Source of the DNA: Anaerolineae bacterium
GTDB taxonomy: Bacteria > Chloroflexota > Anaerolineae > B4-G1 > SLSP01
Length of the DNA: 64,000 bases
Assembly: GCA_026991395.1 (NCBI GenBank)
Contig: JALXBP010000057.1
Coordinates: 733-64,732 of the forward strand
Reading direction: 5' to 3'
Shown one piece after another: positions 32,686-42,106 of this stretch. The translations under genes and the position numbers were made by a program. The notes below the pieces were generated by a model. It saw only the letters and a program-made list of their open reading frames with translations. It was not told the DNA's origin and made no database searches. Numbering within the stretch: the stretch's first letter is position 1; each line of letters starts with the position of its first letter.

Positions 32686-33261
32686 ATGAAGCGAAGCCAT
32701 CTGCTTTGGCTGGGGAGCGCTTTGATGATCGTCGCGGCGCTGGTTGCGTGGCCTTTGCAGGATGTGGCCGGGCAGATCGCCACGCCGACGCCGACTCCGA
32801 CGCCGGGCGGGGCGACGAATACCCCGACGCCGACCTCGACACCCGTCGGAGCGACGGATACGCCTACCCCGACTTCGACACCGACCGCGACGCCTGCAGG
32901 CGCGACAGATACGCCCGTGCCGACGGCGACCCCTGCGCCGACGAATACGCCCCCGCCCACGGCGACCCCGGTACCGCCGACGAATACGCCGCAGCCCACG
33001 GCGACCGCGGCACCACCGACGAATCCCCCGCCGACACCGCGCCCGACCTCGCCGCCTCCTCCGCAAGCCGCCCCGACCGCGACGCCCGACCCCGGCCTTG
33101 CGCTCCATGCCGCCGGTACACCTGAGGGAGGAAGCGGCCAGTTACCCAGGACCGGAGTGGAGGCGGGCACGGGAGGCGCTATCGCGCTGCTCCTGCTCCT
33201 GATCGTGGCCGGAGTCCACCGTTACCGCCATCGCGGAAGCGACGCGGTCGGTCGGCGCTGA
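32686..33261 (+). CDS. Thr/Pro-rich LPXTG-anchored cell-surface protein (191 aa)
   Basis: Signal peptide MKRSHLLWLGSALMIVAALVAWP. ~110-aa TP-rich low-complexity linker. Canonical sorting signal LPRTG + hydrophobic helix AIALLLLLIVAGV + basic tail HRYRHRGSDAVGRR. GGAGGG RBS. Confidence 0.8.
   Translation: MKRSHLLWLGSALMIVAALVAWPLQDVAGQIATPTPTPTPGGATNTPTPTSTPVGATDTPTPTSTPTATPAGATDTPVPTATPAPTNTPPPTATPVPPTNTPQPTATAAPPTNPPPTPRPTSPPPPQAAPTATPDPGLALHAAGTPEGGSGQLPRTGVEAGTGGAIALLLLLIVAGVHRYRHRGSDAVGRR
32770..33080 (+). repeat. Imperfect tandem codon repeat encoding (G)AT(D/N)TPTPT units
   Basis: Repeating ggNgcgacNgatacgcc...ccgacNccgac units inside the LPXTG gene. Confidence 0.5.
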
Positions 33262-33374
33262 AACGAAGCGTCTGCATCGGACGAGGCGCGCGCCTCGTCC
33301 GATGTGTGTCGGGGGCGATTGCGGATGCGGGCAAATCACCTACGATAGGCGGCATCGCAGCCGTGGAGGGAAAG

Positions 33375-34208
33375 ATGAAGTGGTGGCTCTACGTCCTGGA
33401 ATGTCGAGGGGGTGCGCTCTACACGGGCATGACCGGCGATCTCCCTCGCCGTCTGGCCGAGCACCAAAGCGGGAGCGGGGCGAAGTTCACACGCGCACGG
33501 CGACCGGTGCGTCTCGTCGCGGCGTGGACTTTCGGGACGAGACAGGCAGCGGCGCACGCCGAGCGTCGCTTCAAGCAACTGCCCCGCGCGGCCAAGCTCG
33601 CCTGGGTGGAGGGCCGGTGGCCGTTCGCGGGCGCGCCCTTTGACTTTGCCGCCTTGGGCGAGGAGAGCGATGCTCGTTTTTGCCCGCGCTGCGGCGGCAG
33701 GCTGGCCCTTCGGCACGTGGAAAGCCGCCCCTTGCTCGTCTGCTCCGTCTGTGGACGCCATCATTACCGCAATGCGAAGCCGTGCGCGGGCGTGCTCATC
33801 GTGCGCGGGGGGATGGTGCTGCTTGCGCGGCGGGGACGCGATCCGCACAAAGGCGCTCTCGACATCCCCGGCGGCTTTATGGAGGCGGAGGAGACACCCG
33901 ATCATTGCGCCGTGCGGGAGGCCCGAGAGGAACTGGGGCTGGAAGTCCGTCTCGTCGGGCTGCTGGGTTTCTATATGGATCATTACGAATTCCAGGGCGA
34001 GCGCTCCTCCATCCTCAACATCTACTACGTGGCCGAAACGGATGGCGAACCGACGGCGGGGGACGATGCGTCCGAGGTGGGCTGGTATCCGCTGACCGAG
34101 CCGCCGCCGATGGCCTTCCCCCACGAGGCCGTCGTCCTGCGTGATTTGCAGCGCTGGGTCGCTCAGGGAGGACTTTCGCGAGAAGGAGGCTGGAGTTGGC
34201 CGCGTTGA
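33375..34208 (+). CDS. Fusion protein: GIY-YIG nuclease-superfamily domain + zinc-ribbon + NUDIX hydrolase (NudC-like)
   Basis: N-terminal WWLYVLECRGGALYTGMTGDLPRRLAEHQSG (GIY-YIG, UPF0213/YhbQ type). CPRCGG...CSVCG zinc ribbon. Nudix box GGFMEAEETPDHCAVREAREELGLEV. GGAGGG RBS. Confidence 0.8.
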   Translation: MKWWLYVLECRGGALYTGMTGDLPRRLAEHQSGSGAKFTRARRPVRLVAAWTFGTRQAAAHAERRFKQLPRAAKLAWVEGRWPFAGAPFDFAALGEESDARFCPRCGGRLALRHVESRPLLVCSVCGRHHYRNAKPCAGVLIVRGGMVLLARRGRDPHKGALDIPGGFMEAEETPDHCAVREAREELGLEVRLVGLLGFYMDHYEFQGERSSILNIYYVAETDGEPTAGDDASEVGWYPLTEPPPMAFPHEAVVLRDLQRWVAQGGLSREGGWSWPR

Positions 34209-35155
34209 TCGAAGTCGAAGGGTTGCGCAAGAAGTACCGCAGGATGAAGCGCCCTGCGCTGGACGACCTGACTTTCCACGTCGAGGAGGGGGCGATCTAC
34301 GCCTTCGTCGGCCCGAACGGCTCCGGCAAGACGACGACGCTCCGCATTCTCGCCACGCTGCTCGCCTTCGACAGGGGCCGCGTTCTCGTCGGCGGCTACG
34401 ACGTCAACCGGCAGCCCAACGATGTCCGACGCCTCCTCGGCTATTTGCCCGACGAGTTCGGCCTCTACAAGGACATGCTGGTGCGCGAGTACCTCGAATT
34501 CTTCGCCGCCTGCTACGGCATCGCGGTGGGGAAACGCCATTCGCTGGTGGACGATCTCCTCGACCTGGTGGGCCTTGCACCGCGGGCCGACAGTCTCGTG
34601 CGCACGCTCTCGCGGGGCATGCGCCAGCGCCTGAGCCTGGCGCGGGCGCTCGTCCACGATCCCCTGCTGCTCATCGCCGACGAACCGGCGGCGGGGCTCG
34701 ATCCCCGCGCCCGCATCGAGCAGCGGGAGATGTTCAAGGCGCTGCAGGAGATGGGGAAGACGATCTTCCTCTCGTCCCACGTCCTGCGGGAACTGGATAC
34801 GTTGGCGACGCACGTGGCGCTGATCGAGCGGGGCCGCCTCGTCACCGCCGGGCCGCTGGAGCTTATCCGACGCCGCCTGAGGCCGCAGCGCCGCCTGCGC
34901 ATCACCCTTCTGGACAAGGTGGATGACGCGCAAGCCTGGCTCGTTCGGAGGCCGGAAGTAGTGGATGTGGAGCGGGAACCGGCGTCCGGCGACGGGCGTC
35001 CCGCCCTGATTCTCTCCGTCGAGGGCGATGAGGAGGCCGTGGTCGGCCTCTTGCGGGAGATGGTCTCCGCCGGATTCCCCGTGCTCTCTTTCGTCGAGGA
35101 GCGGGAGACGCTGGAGACGCTCTTCCTCGATCTGACCGAGGGCGGCATCAGTTAG
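34196..35155 (+). CDS. ABC transporter ATP-binding protein (ABC-2/bacitracin-type with C-terminal accessory domain)
   Basis: Walker A GPNGSGKTTTL, LSRGMRQRLSLARAL, LLIADEP. Start overlaps the upstream stop by 13 nt. No permease adjacent. Confidence 0.85.
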   Translation: MAALIEVEGLRKKYRRMKRPALDDLTFHVEEGAIYAFVGPNGSGKTTTLRILATLLAFDRGRVLVGGYDVNRQPNDVRRLLGYLPDEFGLYKDMLVREYLEFFAACYGIAVGKRHSLVDDLLDLVGLAPRADSLVRTLSRGMRQRLSLARALVHDPLLLIADEPAAGLDPRARIEQREMFKALQEMGKTIFLSSHVLRELDTLATHVALIERGRLVTAGPLELIRRRLRPQRRLRITLLDKVDDAQAWLVRRPEVVDVEREPASGDGRPALILSVEGDEEAVVGLLREMVSAGFPVLSFVEERETLETLFLDLTEGGIS

Positions 35156-35164
35156 GAGACGACG

Positions 35165-36085
35165 ATGGGTGTCCGCTGGCAGCATCTGCGGGAGGGAAGA
35201 TCGGGCCGCGCCTACGGGCTGCTCGGCGGCTCCAACCTCGGCGCGGTGGTGAGCGGAGAGGCGGCGCTGGTCATCGACGCTGGGCTGGACAAGGACGCTG
35301 CCCGCAAGCTCATCCGCGCTCTGGAAGGCGTTGAGGCCCGTCCCGTCGCCCTCCTCATCACCCACGGCCACGCCGACCACTTCGGCGGCGCGGCGGCGCT
35401 CCTGCGACGCGCCCCGATGCCGCTCTACGCCCCGCCCTTCGAGGCGCACTTCATCGAGGAGCCGCGTCTGGAGCCGCTCTTCCTCCACGGCGGCGCGGCG
35501 GCCATCCGCTCGCTGCAGGGGAAGTTCACCCAGGCTAGGCGCGGGGCGGAGGTTACCGCTTTCCTCGCGCCCGGCCCGCTGGAGATCGGTCCCTTCCGCG
35601 TGGAGATCGTCCCGCTGCCCGGCCACGCGCCTCGGCAGGTGGGCATCGGCTGGGAGGAGGTGCTCTTCTGCGGCGATGCGCTCTTCCCGCAGGCGACGCT
35701 CGACCGCCATCCGATCCTCTTCTGCCACGACCTCGACGCCTGGCTGGAGACGCTGGCCGCCTTCCCCGCGCTGATGGCGCGCTACCGCCTCGTCCTGCCG
35801 GGGCACGGGGAGCCGGTGGAGGCCGAGGAGGCGCTGGCGCTGGCCGAGGCGAATGCCGACCGCCTGCGCGAAATCCGCGCCCGCGTGCTGGAGGCGCTGC
35901 GCGTCCCCGCCTCGCCGGAGGCGATCCTGGCGGAGGTGGCCGCCGCTTACGGCCTCGACTTCCCCTCGCCGCCCTTCCATCTCCTCTCGCGCGTAACCAT
36001 CCTCGCCGCGCTGACCTCGCTGGAGCGCAGCGGTGAGGCCGAACCTTTCGTGGTGGACAACCGCCTGTTGTGGCGGCGGTGCTGA
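35165..36085 (+). CDS. MBL-fold metallo-hydrolase
   Basis: LLITHGHADHFGG HxHxDH motif. Confidence 0.8.
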   Translation: MGVRWQHLREGRSGRAYGLLGGSNLGAVVSGEAALVIDAGLDKDAARKLIRALEGVEARPVALLITHGHADHFGGAAALLRRAPMPLYAPPFEAHFIEEPRLEPLFLHGGAAAIRSLQGKFTQARRGAEVTAFLAPGPLEIGPFRVEIVPLPGHAPRQVGIGWEEVLFCGDALFPQATLDRHPILFCHDLDAWLETLAAFPALMARYRLVLPGHGEPVEAEEALALAEANADRLREIRARVLEALRVPASPEAILAEVAAAYGLDFPSPPFHLLSRVTILAALTSLERSGEAEPFVVDNRLLWRRC

Positions 36086-36107
36086 GCTTTTCGCAAGGAG
36101 GGCGACG

Positions 36108-37166
36108 ATGGAGGAGGAAAAGAACATCTCGTCGGCAGGAGAGCGCTGTCCGCAATGCGGGATGAGCAATCCGGCGGAGGCGAGCTTCTGCATGCACTGT
36201 GGCGCGGCGTTGGCCTGGCCCGAATCGTCCATCCTCCGCCTGATGAAGCATCAGTTGGCGGACCTCGTCGATCAGTTGGTCAACCCCGTCTTCGCCTTCC
36301 TCAAGAGCGTCTGGCTCTTCTTCACCCATCCGCGCCTGCTGGCCAGGACGTTGGCCTCGCGCGAGAGACCGGCGGCGCAGTTGCCTTTCCCGCTCCACGG
36401 CATCTGGCGGCTCTTTTCGCCGGACGTGGTGCCTTACGTCCTCACGCCGGTGGAGTTCTTCTTTTCCGCCTTGCTCCTCGACATCGTGCTCGGAGGGCTG
36501 AGCGGGGAGGTGGAGGACTTCGCCTCGGAGACGGCGGAGCTTTTTGCGGAGATTCCTTCGGCCACGTCGCTCAGCGGCAGCGAGATGGAGCTTTTCTCCA
36601 ACTTCACCCTGGAACTGCTGGTGCTCCTCATCTTCCTGATGCTCTTCGTGCTCACCTTAGTCATTGCGCAGAACTACCGTTTCTGGCTGGGCCGCCACCG
36701 CTCCGAGGAGGAGAAGGCTTTCTGGGGACGAATGGCCTATTTCCACTGGCTCTATGCCATCTCTGGCTGGCTGCTGCTCTCGCCGCTGGGCGACCGCCTG
36801 GTGGGGTACGGCGTTCCGCAGGCCGCCGTCAGTGCGGTGATGATTCTCTACTTCGCCATCTTCGCGCTCGCCGTCTTCGCGGAGGGCGGATGGGGGCGCT
36901 CTGTCGCGGCGTTGCTTTCGACGGGCGTCATCGCCCTCGTGGCCTGGGGGGTGTGGCTCGCGGTGGGGATGGTCGTGGTGGCGACGCTCTACGCCTTCCT
37001 GGTGCTGGGACTGGTCGCGCTCCTGGCGCTGCCGGGGTGGGTAACCTACCTCTGCCTGTGGCCGCTGCTCTTGGGCGGTCTCCTGCTGCTCTTGTGGGGA
37101 TACCGCCGGTTGAGTGCGGCCCGCGGGCGGCGACGGCCCTCTGCCTCGCAAGAGCCTCGCGCCTGA
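36108..37166 (+). CDS. Zinc-ribbon + Yip1-like multi-pass membrane protein
   Basis: N-terminal CPQCG...CMHCG zinc ribbon followed by ~5 hydrophobic helices (Yip1/DUF1282-like topology). AAGGAGGG RBS. Confidence 0.7.
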   Translation: MEEEKNISSAGERCPQCGMSNPAEASFCMHCGAALAWPESSILRLMKHQLADLVDQLVNPVFAFLKSVWLFFTHPRLLARTLASRERPAAQLPFPLHGIWRLFSPDVVPYVLTPVEFFFSALLLDIVLGGLSGEVEDFASETAELFAEIPSATSLSGSEMELFSNFTLELLVLLIFLMLFVLTLVIAQNYRFWLGRHRSEEEKAFWGRMAYFHWLYAISGWLLLSPLGDRLVGYGVPQAAVSAVMILYFAIFALAVFAEGGWGRSVAALLSTGVIALVAWGVWLAVGMVVVATLYAFLVLGLVALLALPGWVTYLCLWPLLLGGLLLLLWGYRRLSAARGRRRPSASQEPRA

Positions 37167-37241
37167 ACGCGCCCTCTCTTCCGCCTGCGGACGAATCGGG
37201 TATAATCCTTAGGCTTGCGAAGTAGTTTCCGAGGAGGTCGT

Positions 37242-38582
37242 ATGCCCGCATTCGCCCGTTCTCTGCCGCGTGAGGAGGCCGATCTGCCGGAGTGGCCGCT
37301 GGATGTCTCGCCCGCCGAGAGCCGCCGTTCCTTTGTGCTGAACGCGCTCAACGGCTCGCTCTTCAACTTCGCCGAGACGCTGATGGATCCCAACCTGGTG
37401 CTCGTCTGGCTGGTCAGCGCGCTCACCTCCTCCAACCTGCTCATCGCGGCGATCAGCACCATCGGTGCGGGATCGTGGTTCCTGCCGCAGCTCTTCCTTT
37501 CCGGCTGGGTGCAGAGCAAATCGCGCACGATCGTCATCTACCGCTGGGCGGCGACCGTTCGTATCCTGACCTGGATGATGCTGGTGGCGTCCCTGTGGTG
37601 GATCGAGGATCGAGTGCATCTGCTGATCGCCTTCTTCGTCCTCTACACGGTGATGAAGCTGATGGCCGGTATGGCCGGTCTGCCCTTTATGGAAGTTACG
37701 GCGCGTACCGTTCCGGCCTGGTGGCGGGGGCGGCTCTTTGCCATCCGGCAGTTGCTCGGCGGGCTGCTGGGCCTGGTGGCCGGGTGGCTGGTCAAGCAGA
37801 TGCTGGGGCGTTCGGTCTATCCTTTCCCGCGGAATTTCGCCGTCCTCTTCTTCATCGCCGCGCTTTCCGGGAGCCTGGCGCTGCTCATCTTCTCGCTGAT
37901 CCGCGAGCCTGCCGGGAAGCCGCGCCCCGTCGCGCCCGTTCGGGAGCAGGTGCGGCGGGGATGGCGTGCGCTGCGGGAGGACAGGAACTTCCGCCACTTC
38001 ACGCTGGGCCGGATGAGCCTTTTCTTGGGGCTGGTCGCCATTCCCTTCTTCACCATCGTCGCACGGCAAGTGCTGCAGGCTCCGAGCAGTGCCGCGGGGG
38101 AATATCTGCTCATTGCGACGATGACGGCCCTCGTCTTCAACTATCCCTTCGGCGTCCTCGTCGATCGCAAGGGCAAGCGATGGGGAATGCTGGTCGCCGC
38201 GACGGGCTGGGGGATCACCTCTGCCTTCGCGCTCTTCCTCGTCGTTGCTGCCTCGCGGGGCTGGCTGAGCCGATTTTCCTTCCCCCCTTACCGGCTGGCT
38301 TATCCGCTCTTCTTCCTGCGTGGCTTCTTCACCCCCTTCGACCGGCTGGCGGGCTACAACCTGCTGCTGGAGATCGCGCCGCAGCAGGATCGCATCCTCT
38401 ACCTGGGCTTCGCCAATACGCTCTTCGGCCTCGTGATGCTGATGGGAACGTGGGGCGGGAAGATCGTCGATCGTTTCGGGCTGGCCTCGATCTTCGTCAT
38501 CAGCATCGCGTTGAACGCTTTGGCCGCCTCTTTCTTCCTGCGCATTACCAAGGGGAGGGGGATGCGCAGGAAGTCGGTTTGA
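37242..38582 (+). CDS. MFS transporter
   Basis: 12-TM pattern in two repeated halves. GAGGAGG RBS before ATG 37242. Confidence 0.8.
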   Translation: MPAFARSLPREEADLPEWPLDVSPAESRRSFVLNALNGSLFNFAETLMDPNLVLVWLVSALTSSNLLIAAISTIGAGSWFLPQLFLSGWVQSKSRTIVIYRWAATVRILTWMMLVASLWWIEDRVHLLIAFFVLYTVMKLMAGMAGLPFMEVTARTVPAWWRGRLFAIRQLLGGLLGLVAGWLVKQMLGRSVYPFPRNFAVLFFIAALSGSLALLIFSLIREPAGKPRPVAPVREQVRRGWRALREDRNFRHFTLGRMSLFLGLVAIPFFTIVARQVLQAPSSAAGEYLLIATMTALVFNYPFGVLVDRKGKRWGMLVAATGWGITSAFALFLVVAASRGWLSRFSFPPYRLAYPLFFLRGFFTPFDRLAGYNLLLEIAPQQDRILYLGFANTLFGLVMLMGTWGGKIVDRFGLASIFVISIALNALAASFFLRITKGRGMRRKSV

Positions 38583-38606
38583 CAAACGGCTTCCCCGGCC
38601 TATAAT
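38579..38606 (+). promoter_or_regulatory. Sigma-70-type promoter for the thrS leader (TTGACA-16-TATAAT)
   Basis: Near-consensus -35 TTGACA (38579-84) and -10 TATAAT (38601-06). Confidence 0.6.
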
Positions 38607-38612
38607 GAGGTT

Positions 38613-38855
38613 GCAAAGCGTCGAGCGGGACGAGTACCCGCCGGAAGGTGCCAGGGAGGGCAGGTCGAGACTGGAAGCCTGCCTCACCGGAAAGCGGCGA
38701 AAACCCCCCGCGAGCGCTTCCCTGAACGGCGAGGCCAAGTACGGGAAGACGGGTCGGCCCGTTACAGCCGCAGAGGGTCGGCGCAGCCGCGCCGGAACTT
38801 GGGTGGAACCGCGTGGAGCAAGCCCCACGTCCCAAGAGGACGCGGGGCTTTTTCG
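38613..38855 (+). ncRNA. T-box riboswitch leader upstream of thrS
   Basis: Conserved T-box AACTTGGGTGGAACCGCG at 38796-38813. Followed by terminator hairpin agccccacgtcc...ggacgcggggct plus TTTTT (38821-38853). ~270-nt leader between promoter and thrS. Confidence 0.75.
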
Positions 38856-38879
38856 TTCAGCATCTTGAGGAGGTGTGAG

Positions 38880-40661
38880 ATGGACCCACAAGCCTATCGT
38901 GAAAGCGAACTCTATCGCATCCGCCACTCGGCGGCGCATATGATGGCCGCCGCCGTGCTGGAGCTTTTCCCCGAAGCGAAGATCGCCATCGGCCCGCCAA
39001 TCGAGCACGGCTTCTACTACGACTTCGACCTGCCCCGCCCGCTGACCCAGGAGGACCTGGAGCAGATCGAGGCGCGGATGAAGGAACTGATCGCGCAGAA
39101 GATCGACTTCCAGTACGAGGAGATCGAGCCGGAAGCGGCGCGGGAACTCTTCGCCGACCAGCCCTACAAGCTGGAGTTGATCGAGGATATCCTCCAGCGC
39201 GGCACCGACGAGTACGGCGAGAAGACGGAGAAGCCGGTGCTTTCCATCTACCGCAGCGGCCCCTTCGTCGATCTCTGCCGTGGGCCGCACGTGGCCAATA
39301 CGAAGGAGATCAACCCGAAGGCGGTCAAGCTGCTCAGCGTGGCCGGGGCCTACTGGCGCGGCGACGAGAAGCGCCCGATGCTCCAGCGCATCTACGGCAC
39401 GGCCTGGAAGAGGCCCAAGGAACTGCGCGAATACCTCCGCTGGCGCGAGGAGGTGCAGAAGCGCGATCATCGCCGCCTCATCAAGCAGCTCGACCTCATC
39501 TCCTTCCACGAGGAGGCCGGGCCGGGGCTGGCCTACTGGCATCCCAAGGGCGCGATGGTGCGCAAGCTGATGGAGGATTTCTGGCGCGATCGCCACATCG
39601 AAGGCGGGTACGATTTCGTCTACACGCCGCACATCGGCAAGGCTTGGCTCTGGGAGACCTCCGGCCATCTCGACTTCTACCGCGAGAATATGTACGCGCC
39701 GATGGACGTGGACGGGCAGGAGTACTTCATCAAGCCGATGAACTGCCCCTTCCACATCCTCATCTACAAGACGAAGCTCCGCTCCTACCGCGACCTGCCG
39801 CTGCGCTGGGCCGAACTGGGGACGGTCTATCGCTACGAGCGGAGCGGCGTCCTCCACGGGCTGATGCGCGTGCGCGGCTTCACGCAGGATGACGCCCACA
39901 TCTTCTGCACGCCCGATCAGGTGGAGGAGGAGATCGTCCGCGTGCTGCGCTTCTCGCTCGATATGCTGCGTGCCTTCGGCTTCGAGACCTTCGAGGTCTA
40001 TCTCTCGACGCGTCCGGAGAAGGCGGTCGGCGAGCCGGAGCGGTGGAAGGTGGCCGAGGCCGCCCTCCAGCGGGCCATCGAGGCGGAGGGGCTGGCCTAC
40101 GAGGTGGACGAGGGCGGCGGCGCTTTCTATGGCCCGAAGATCGACGTGAAGATCAAGGATGCGCTGGGGCGTGCCTGGCAGTGCTCCACCATCCAGTTCG
40201 ACTTCAACCTGCCGGAGCGCTTCGATATGACCTTCGTCGGCGAGGACGGGCGCGAGCATCGTCCCTTTATGATCCACCGCGCCCTCCTGGGTTCCATCGA
40301 GCGCTTCTTCGGCGTCCTCGTCGAGCACTACGCGGGGGCCTTCCCCGTCTGGCTCGCGCCGGAGCAGGTGCGCATCATCCCCATCGCCGACCGCCATCTG
40401 GACTACGCCCGCCAGGTAGAAGCCAAACTGCGGGCGGCCCACCTGCGCGTCCAGGTCGATAGCTCCTCCAGCCGGATGAACGCCAAGATTCGCGAGGCGC
40501 AGATGGAGAAAGTGCCCTTCATGCTCATCCTGGGCGACCGCGAGGTGGAGGAGGGGACGGTCTCCGTCCGCCTGCGCAGCGGCGAGAAGTGGAACGCGCT
40601 GCCTCTGGACGAGTTCATCGCCCGCGTTCAGGAGCAGGTCGAAAAGCGGCTCAACGGCTGA
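38880..40661 (+). CDS. thrS: Threonine--tRNA ligase (lacks the N-terminal TGS domain)
   Basis: Editing-domain HxxxH (RHSAAHMMAAAV). Class II core motifs (FYYDFDL, CRGPH, RAxLGSxERF-like HRALLGSIERFFGVL). Anticodon-binding C-terminus. GGAGGTG RBS. 593 aa. Confidence 0.92.
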   Translation: MDPQAYRESELYRIRHSAAHMMAAAVLELFPEAKIAIGPPIEHGFYYDFDLPRPLTQEDLEQIEARMKELIAQKIDFQYEEIEPEAARELFADQPYKLELIEDILQRGTDEYGEKTEKPVLSIYRSGPFVDLCRGPHVANTKEINPKAVKLLSVAGAYWRGDEKRPMLQRIYGTAWKRPKELREYLRWREEVQKRDHRRLIKQLDLISFHEEAGPGLAYWHPKGAMVRKLMEDFWRDRHIEGGYDFVYTPHIGKAWLWETSGHLDFYRENMYAPMDVDGQEYFIKPMNCPFHILIYKTKLRSYRDLPLRWAELGTVYRYERSGVLHGLMRVRGFTQDDAHIFCTPDQVEEEIVRVLRFSLDMLRAFGFETFEVYLSTRPEKAVGEPERWKVAEAALQRAIEAEGLAYEVDEGGGAFYGPKIDVKIKDALGRAWQCSTIQFDFNLPERFDMTFVGEDGREHRPFMIHRALLGSIERFFGVLVEHYAGAFPVWLAPEQVRIIPIADRHLDYARQVEAKLRAAHLRVQVDSSSSRMNAKIREAQMEKVPFMLILGDREVEEGTVSVRLRSGEKWNALPLDEFIARVQEQVEKRLNG

Positions 40662-40707
40662 TTGTCGGCAAACCGGAAGAGGCGCGGTCGAAGCCGCGCC
40701 TCTTGCG

Positions 40708-41997
40708 TTACGGGGCGGGCATAGTCACGAGGTGGACGGGGCGGCGGAGGGCCTGGGCGATGCTTGCCGGAGGAGTGCCGAGCAGATCGCACCCGTCCGG
40801 GCCGCGGAAGCTCGCTTCCGGCAGGAGGATGCGGTCGGCGGCGGGGCGTGAGCGGAGCGCGTGGATGATGTCGCGTGCGGTGAGCAGGCCCGCCACGGTA
40901 ATCGTTTCACCGAAGGCGCGGTTTCCCACAGGGACGACGAGAGCCTCGATGCCCGTTTCGGCGTGGAAGCGGTGGGCGTAGTGCTGCAATCGAGGGGCGA
41001 AGAGCGTGCCGGTAACCCACGCCTGCCGCCGTCCGCCGAAGGCCCGCATCTGCTCGCGGAGTTGGGGCCAGTTTTCCGCGAAGGTGCGCACCATCCCCAC
41101 GCCGTTCTCGTAGAGCGCAGGGATGCGCCCATCGTAGGCTTCGCGCGGCGGCGCTTCCCGTCCGGCACGCAGGAACCACTCGTCGGAGGGGTAGACGAAG
41201 CCGATGCCGAGACGTCCCCGCAGGCGCGTTTGCCACGCGAGCACCTGGTCCAGCACGGCGGCGGCCTCGTCGTCGCGGTAGGGCCGCAGCCGCGGATCGT
41301 GCCACCGCGTCAGCCCGACCGGTACGACGGTCAGATCGGCCACGCCCGGATGAAGGTCGGCCAGCGCCTCGATGGTGCGATCGAGGTGCGCGCCGTCGTT
41401 GCGCTCGGGGACGAGGACCGCCTGCGTGTGAACGGTGATGCCCATCGCCACCAGCCGCTGCAGGTCGTCGAGGATGTTGGCCGCCCGCGGATTGTGCATC
41501 AGCCCGACGCGCACCTCCGGCTCGACGGCGTGGACGGAGACGTAGAGAGGACTGAGGAACTGTTCCCCGATGCGCTCCCAGTCCTCCTCGCGGAGGCTGG
41601 TGAGCGTGATGTAGTTGCCGTGGAGGAAGGAGAGCCGGTAGTCGTCGTCCTTCACGTAGAGCGGATCGCGCAATCCCCGCGGCATCTGGCGCACGAAGCA
41701 GAAGTCGCAGGCATTGCGGCAGGTGTGGACTTTGTCCTCGAAGAGGAGGCGCTCGAAGTGTATCCCCAGGGGCTGGCCGTAGCGCCGTGCCGCCGTCAGT
41801 TCCAGCATGGCCCCCTCCCGTTCGATGCGGAAGGTGAGCAGCGGCTCGGAGGCGTAGATGTGCACATCGATCACGTCCCGCAGCGGATGGCCGTTGATGG
41901 CCAGCAGGCGGTCGCCCGCCCGCAACCCGGCTTCCGCTGCGACGCTCCCCGCTTCGACGGCGGTGATCTCCGCGGCAGGCTCTTTCGGCTCGTGCAT
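40708..41997 (-). CDS. PDZ-domain + DUF512-family protein (putative radical-SAM-like Fe-S enzyme)
   Basis: N-terminal PDZ (VEAGSVAAEAGLRAGDRLLAINGHPL) followed by DUF512-like region with CRNACDFCFVRQ. Start chosen at MHEPKEP. Confidence 0.65.
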   Translation of the reverse strand: MHEPKEPAAEITAVEAGSVAAEAGLRAGDRLLAINGHPLRDVIDVHIYASEPLLTFRIEREGAMLELTAARRYGQPLGIHFERLLFEDKVHTCRNACDFCFVRQMPRGLRDPLYVKDDDYRLSFLHGNYITLTSLREEDWERIGEQFLSPLYVSVHAVEPEVRVGLMHNPRAANILDDLQRLVAMGITVHTQAVLVPERNDGAHLDRTIEALADLHPGVADLTVVPVGLTRWHDPRLRPYRDDEAAAVLDQVLAWQTRLRGRLGIGFVYPSDEWFLRAGREAPPREAYDGRIPALYENGVGMVRTFAENWPQLREQMRAFGGRRQAWVTGTLFAPRLQHYAHRFHAETGIEALVVPVGNRAFGETITVAGLLTARDIIHALRSRPAADRILLPEASFRGPDGCDLLGTPPASIAQALRRPVHLVTMPAP

Positions 41998-42106
41998 CGC
42001 TCCGATTGTACAGGCGAAGCAGGGCGGAGCAACCGCACGCTGACCGGGAGCAGGTGCCGGACGAACGGCCATTGTCGGCGGGGGGATTTTATGTTATAAT
42101 CAACGC

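Noticed and set aside
28299-33170. 1623-aa ORF on the minus strand
   Set aside because: Runs antisense to the DUF11 and LPXTG genes. Its translation is Arg/Gly/Ala/Pro-rich, typical of stop-poor antisense frames in ~70% GC DNA, and shows no domain signatures. The same applies to 56889-61385 (-), 44835-48206 (-), 37209-40442 (-), 9629-11371 (+), 22607-24370 (-), 25293-27014 (-), 19883-21604 (-), 17100-18821 (-) and 1311-2930 (-).
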